NCBI RefSeq assembly: GCF_004010195.1
Contig: NC_057720.1
Span: forward strand, 36,274,140 to 36,338,139
Source: Chiloscyllium plagiosum
Lineage: Eukaryota
Length of the DNA stretch: 64,000 bases
Direction: 5' to 3'
Each line of letters begins with the position of its first letter. Position 1 is the stretch's first letter. Shown in pieces: positions 61,953 through 64,000 of this stretch. The notes beneath the pieces are model-generated. The model made no database searches, had not been told where the DNA came from, and saw only the letters and a list, made by a program, of their open reading frames with translations. The translations under genes and the position numbers were made by a program.

Positions 61953-62869
61953 CTGTAAATCATTATCAACCAAAATATGTCAATACTTTCATAACATCTA
62001 AAACAATGAGGATTTATATAAATACTGTTGAAAACATGACATAAAGAGGTTGTTGTAAGACAATAAATAGCAAGGCATGGTTTATATCAGCCGAAAAGTC
62101 AATATGTCAGAACTTCTGACTATCAATTAAATTGCCCGAGAGACTCAACAGCACCAATATTCTACCATTCTGAACAAAAAACTATATGTTGATTTTACAC
62201 ATATTCATTTTCTACAACACAACAAATAACATTTTACTATGACTTACCAATATCTATTATTTATCAAACCAGCATTTTATAAGTCAGTATGCCCATATTA
62301 GTGTATTTAGTATTGAAAACCTTTGTGAAAAAAGTTGCTTTAACGATTTGTTCGCCATATTTTTCTTGAGTCAGATTCTACGATAAAAAAAATTATGCAG
62401 CCTGGCAGCAAGCAGTCATATCCTACTGATTAAATGCAGAGGTCATAGGTTGAAGCATTTTAATCAAAGCATTCGAGCCATTTATTGGTGAAGACTCTCT
62501 TGAGATAAAAAAATGTTATTGCATTTTGTAATATATTTTAGGAGTTAAAGATTTATTTATGGATCACCTGAAAAATGTAACAGTGTTGCTGGTAACTGCC
62601 CGGAATATCATACAAATAACTATTTGTACACTGCAATTATGTGACAATGGATGTGTGACTACATGATTCTGTATATGTGATTCATATCATTCCTTAAGGG
62701 CCTTAACATATACTGTTGACCATCAACACCATTCAATTTGTTTTTCCTTAGGAAAGAAAGATTTCAGAACACCTTGTCACCCATGTCAGGTTTAGTGTGA
62801 CAAGATACAGGGCAAATTTATGCACACAGGCTGGTACTTCAATAATATATTCAATGCAGTAGGAATCAT

Positions 62870-63830
62870 AGGATAGTTGTGGATTGTGAAGCTCTATTAT
62901 CACAGTCTCAGGACATTACTGCAGGAGTTCTTCAGGGTGGTATCCTAGGATCAACCACCTTCAGCTACCTCAAGGACCTTCCTTTCGTAAGAAGTTCAGA
63001 AATGGGGGTGTTCGCTGATGATTGTACAAGGTTCAGCACCATTTGCAACTCCTCAGATACTGAAGCAATTTGTGTCCAAATGCAGCAAGACCTAGACAAC
63101 ATCCAGGCTTGGGCAAATAAGTGGCAATTAAAATTTGCACCACAAATATCAGGCAATTACTATCTTTAATTTGAGAGAATCTAACCATCTACCCTGATAT
63201 TCAATGACATTGCCATTACTGAGTCTCCACCATCAACATCCTGGGGATTGCCATTGACCAGAAACTAAACAGGACTAGCAATACCAATAACGTGGCTACA
63301 GCTGCAAAGGTTAGGAATTATGGCAGGTAACTCTCCTCCTGCATCCCCAAAGCCTGTCCACAAGTCAGGGGTGGGATGGAATACTCTCCACTTTTCTGGA
63401 TGCTCTTGTCCAGAACAAGCAGCCTACTTGATTGGCACCCTATTCATCACCTTCAATACTCAATCACTCCCACCACCAGCACACAATGGCTGCAGTGTGT
63501 TCTCTCTACAAGATGAACTGCAGGAACATACCACAGCACCTTCCAAGCCTGTGACCACCACCAGCTAGAAAGATAAGGAAGTAAATGGACACGAGCACCA
63601 CTTTCAAGTTGCCCCTCCAAGCCACACCAAATGTCACTTAGAAAGATATTGTATTCATTCACTGTCGCTGGCTCATAATGCTGGAGCTCATTTCTTAATA
63701 ACAATGTAGGCATACCTAGCCCCTGTGGATTGCAGCTGTTAGAGATGGTTCACCAGTACTTTCTCAAGGGCAATTGGGTCACATAACAACTGCTGGCCTT
63801 GCCAACAATACCACAGACCATGAGTAAATT
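62870..63830 (+). mobile_element. LINE 3' portion, same family as 22444-23860
   Basis: AGVLQGGILG..FADDCTRF..MQQDLDNIQAWANKWQLKF. Confidence 0.85.
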
Positions 63831-64000
63831 TTTAAAAAAATGATTGCCTCACCCACTCCCTTTTAGATGTTAAAGAGATGTTACTGCGCCTTCAAAACTA
63901 CTGAACATAACAACGCCAGATTTCCTTTTCTCAGCAATTATCTCAAAATGTATTTACTTGTTTCAGAACATCCCTTTCCTTTACATTAAATAGTCACTGA

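Noticed and set aside
63848..63870. Possible upstream DMAP1 exon end (GGA GTG G|gtgag)
   Set aside because: An in-frame TAA lies immediately upstream and there is no match to the expected LEQMLLELGV-like sequence.

Overview
This is AT-rich, repeat-dense vertebrate genomic DNA. The repeat families (HE1-type V-SINEs, HER1/CR1 LINEs, Penelope-like elements) point to an elasmobranch, most likely a shark. The window holds the convergent 3' ends of two genes. ERI3 has its last coding exon at 15680-15762 (+), which the ORF track misses. DMAP1 has its penultimate exon at 61657-61952 and its last coding exon at 55835-55894 (-), the latter shown in the wrong frame by the ORF track. About 40 kb lies between the two stop codons and is mostly nested retroelements. 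The most interesting signals are: (1) a family of short (about 130-210 bp), mostly fold-back, TSD-flanked Penelope-derived insertions whose pivot sits on a minimal hammerhead ribozyme motif, with a related motif at the end of a GIY-YIG/RT Penelope copy; (2) a decayed pogo/Tigger transposase invisible in the ORF track, plus a pogo-type MITE; (3) two phase-compatible exon-like segments of an unrecognised minus-strand gene or alternative DMAP1 ending; (4) a multi-level nested LINE insertion. All calls were made by eye and from remembered homologues. No searches were run, and repeat boundaries are approximate unless a TSD or TIR is quoted.
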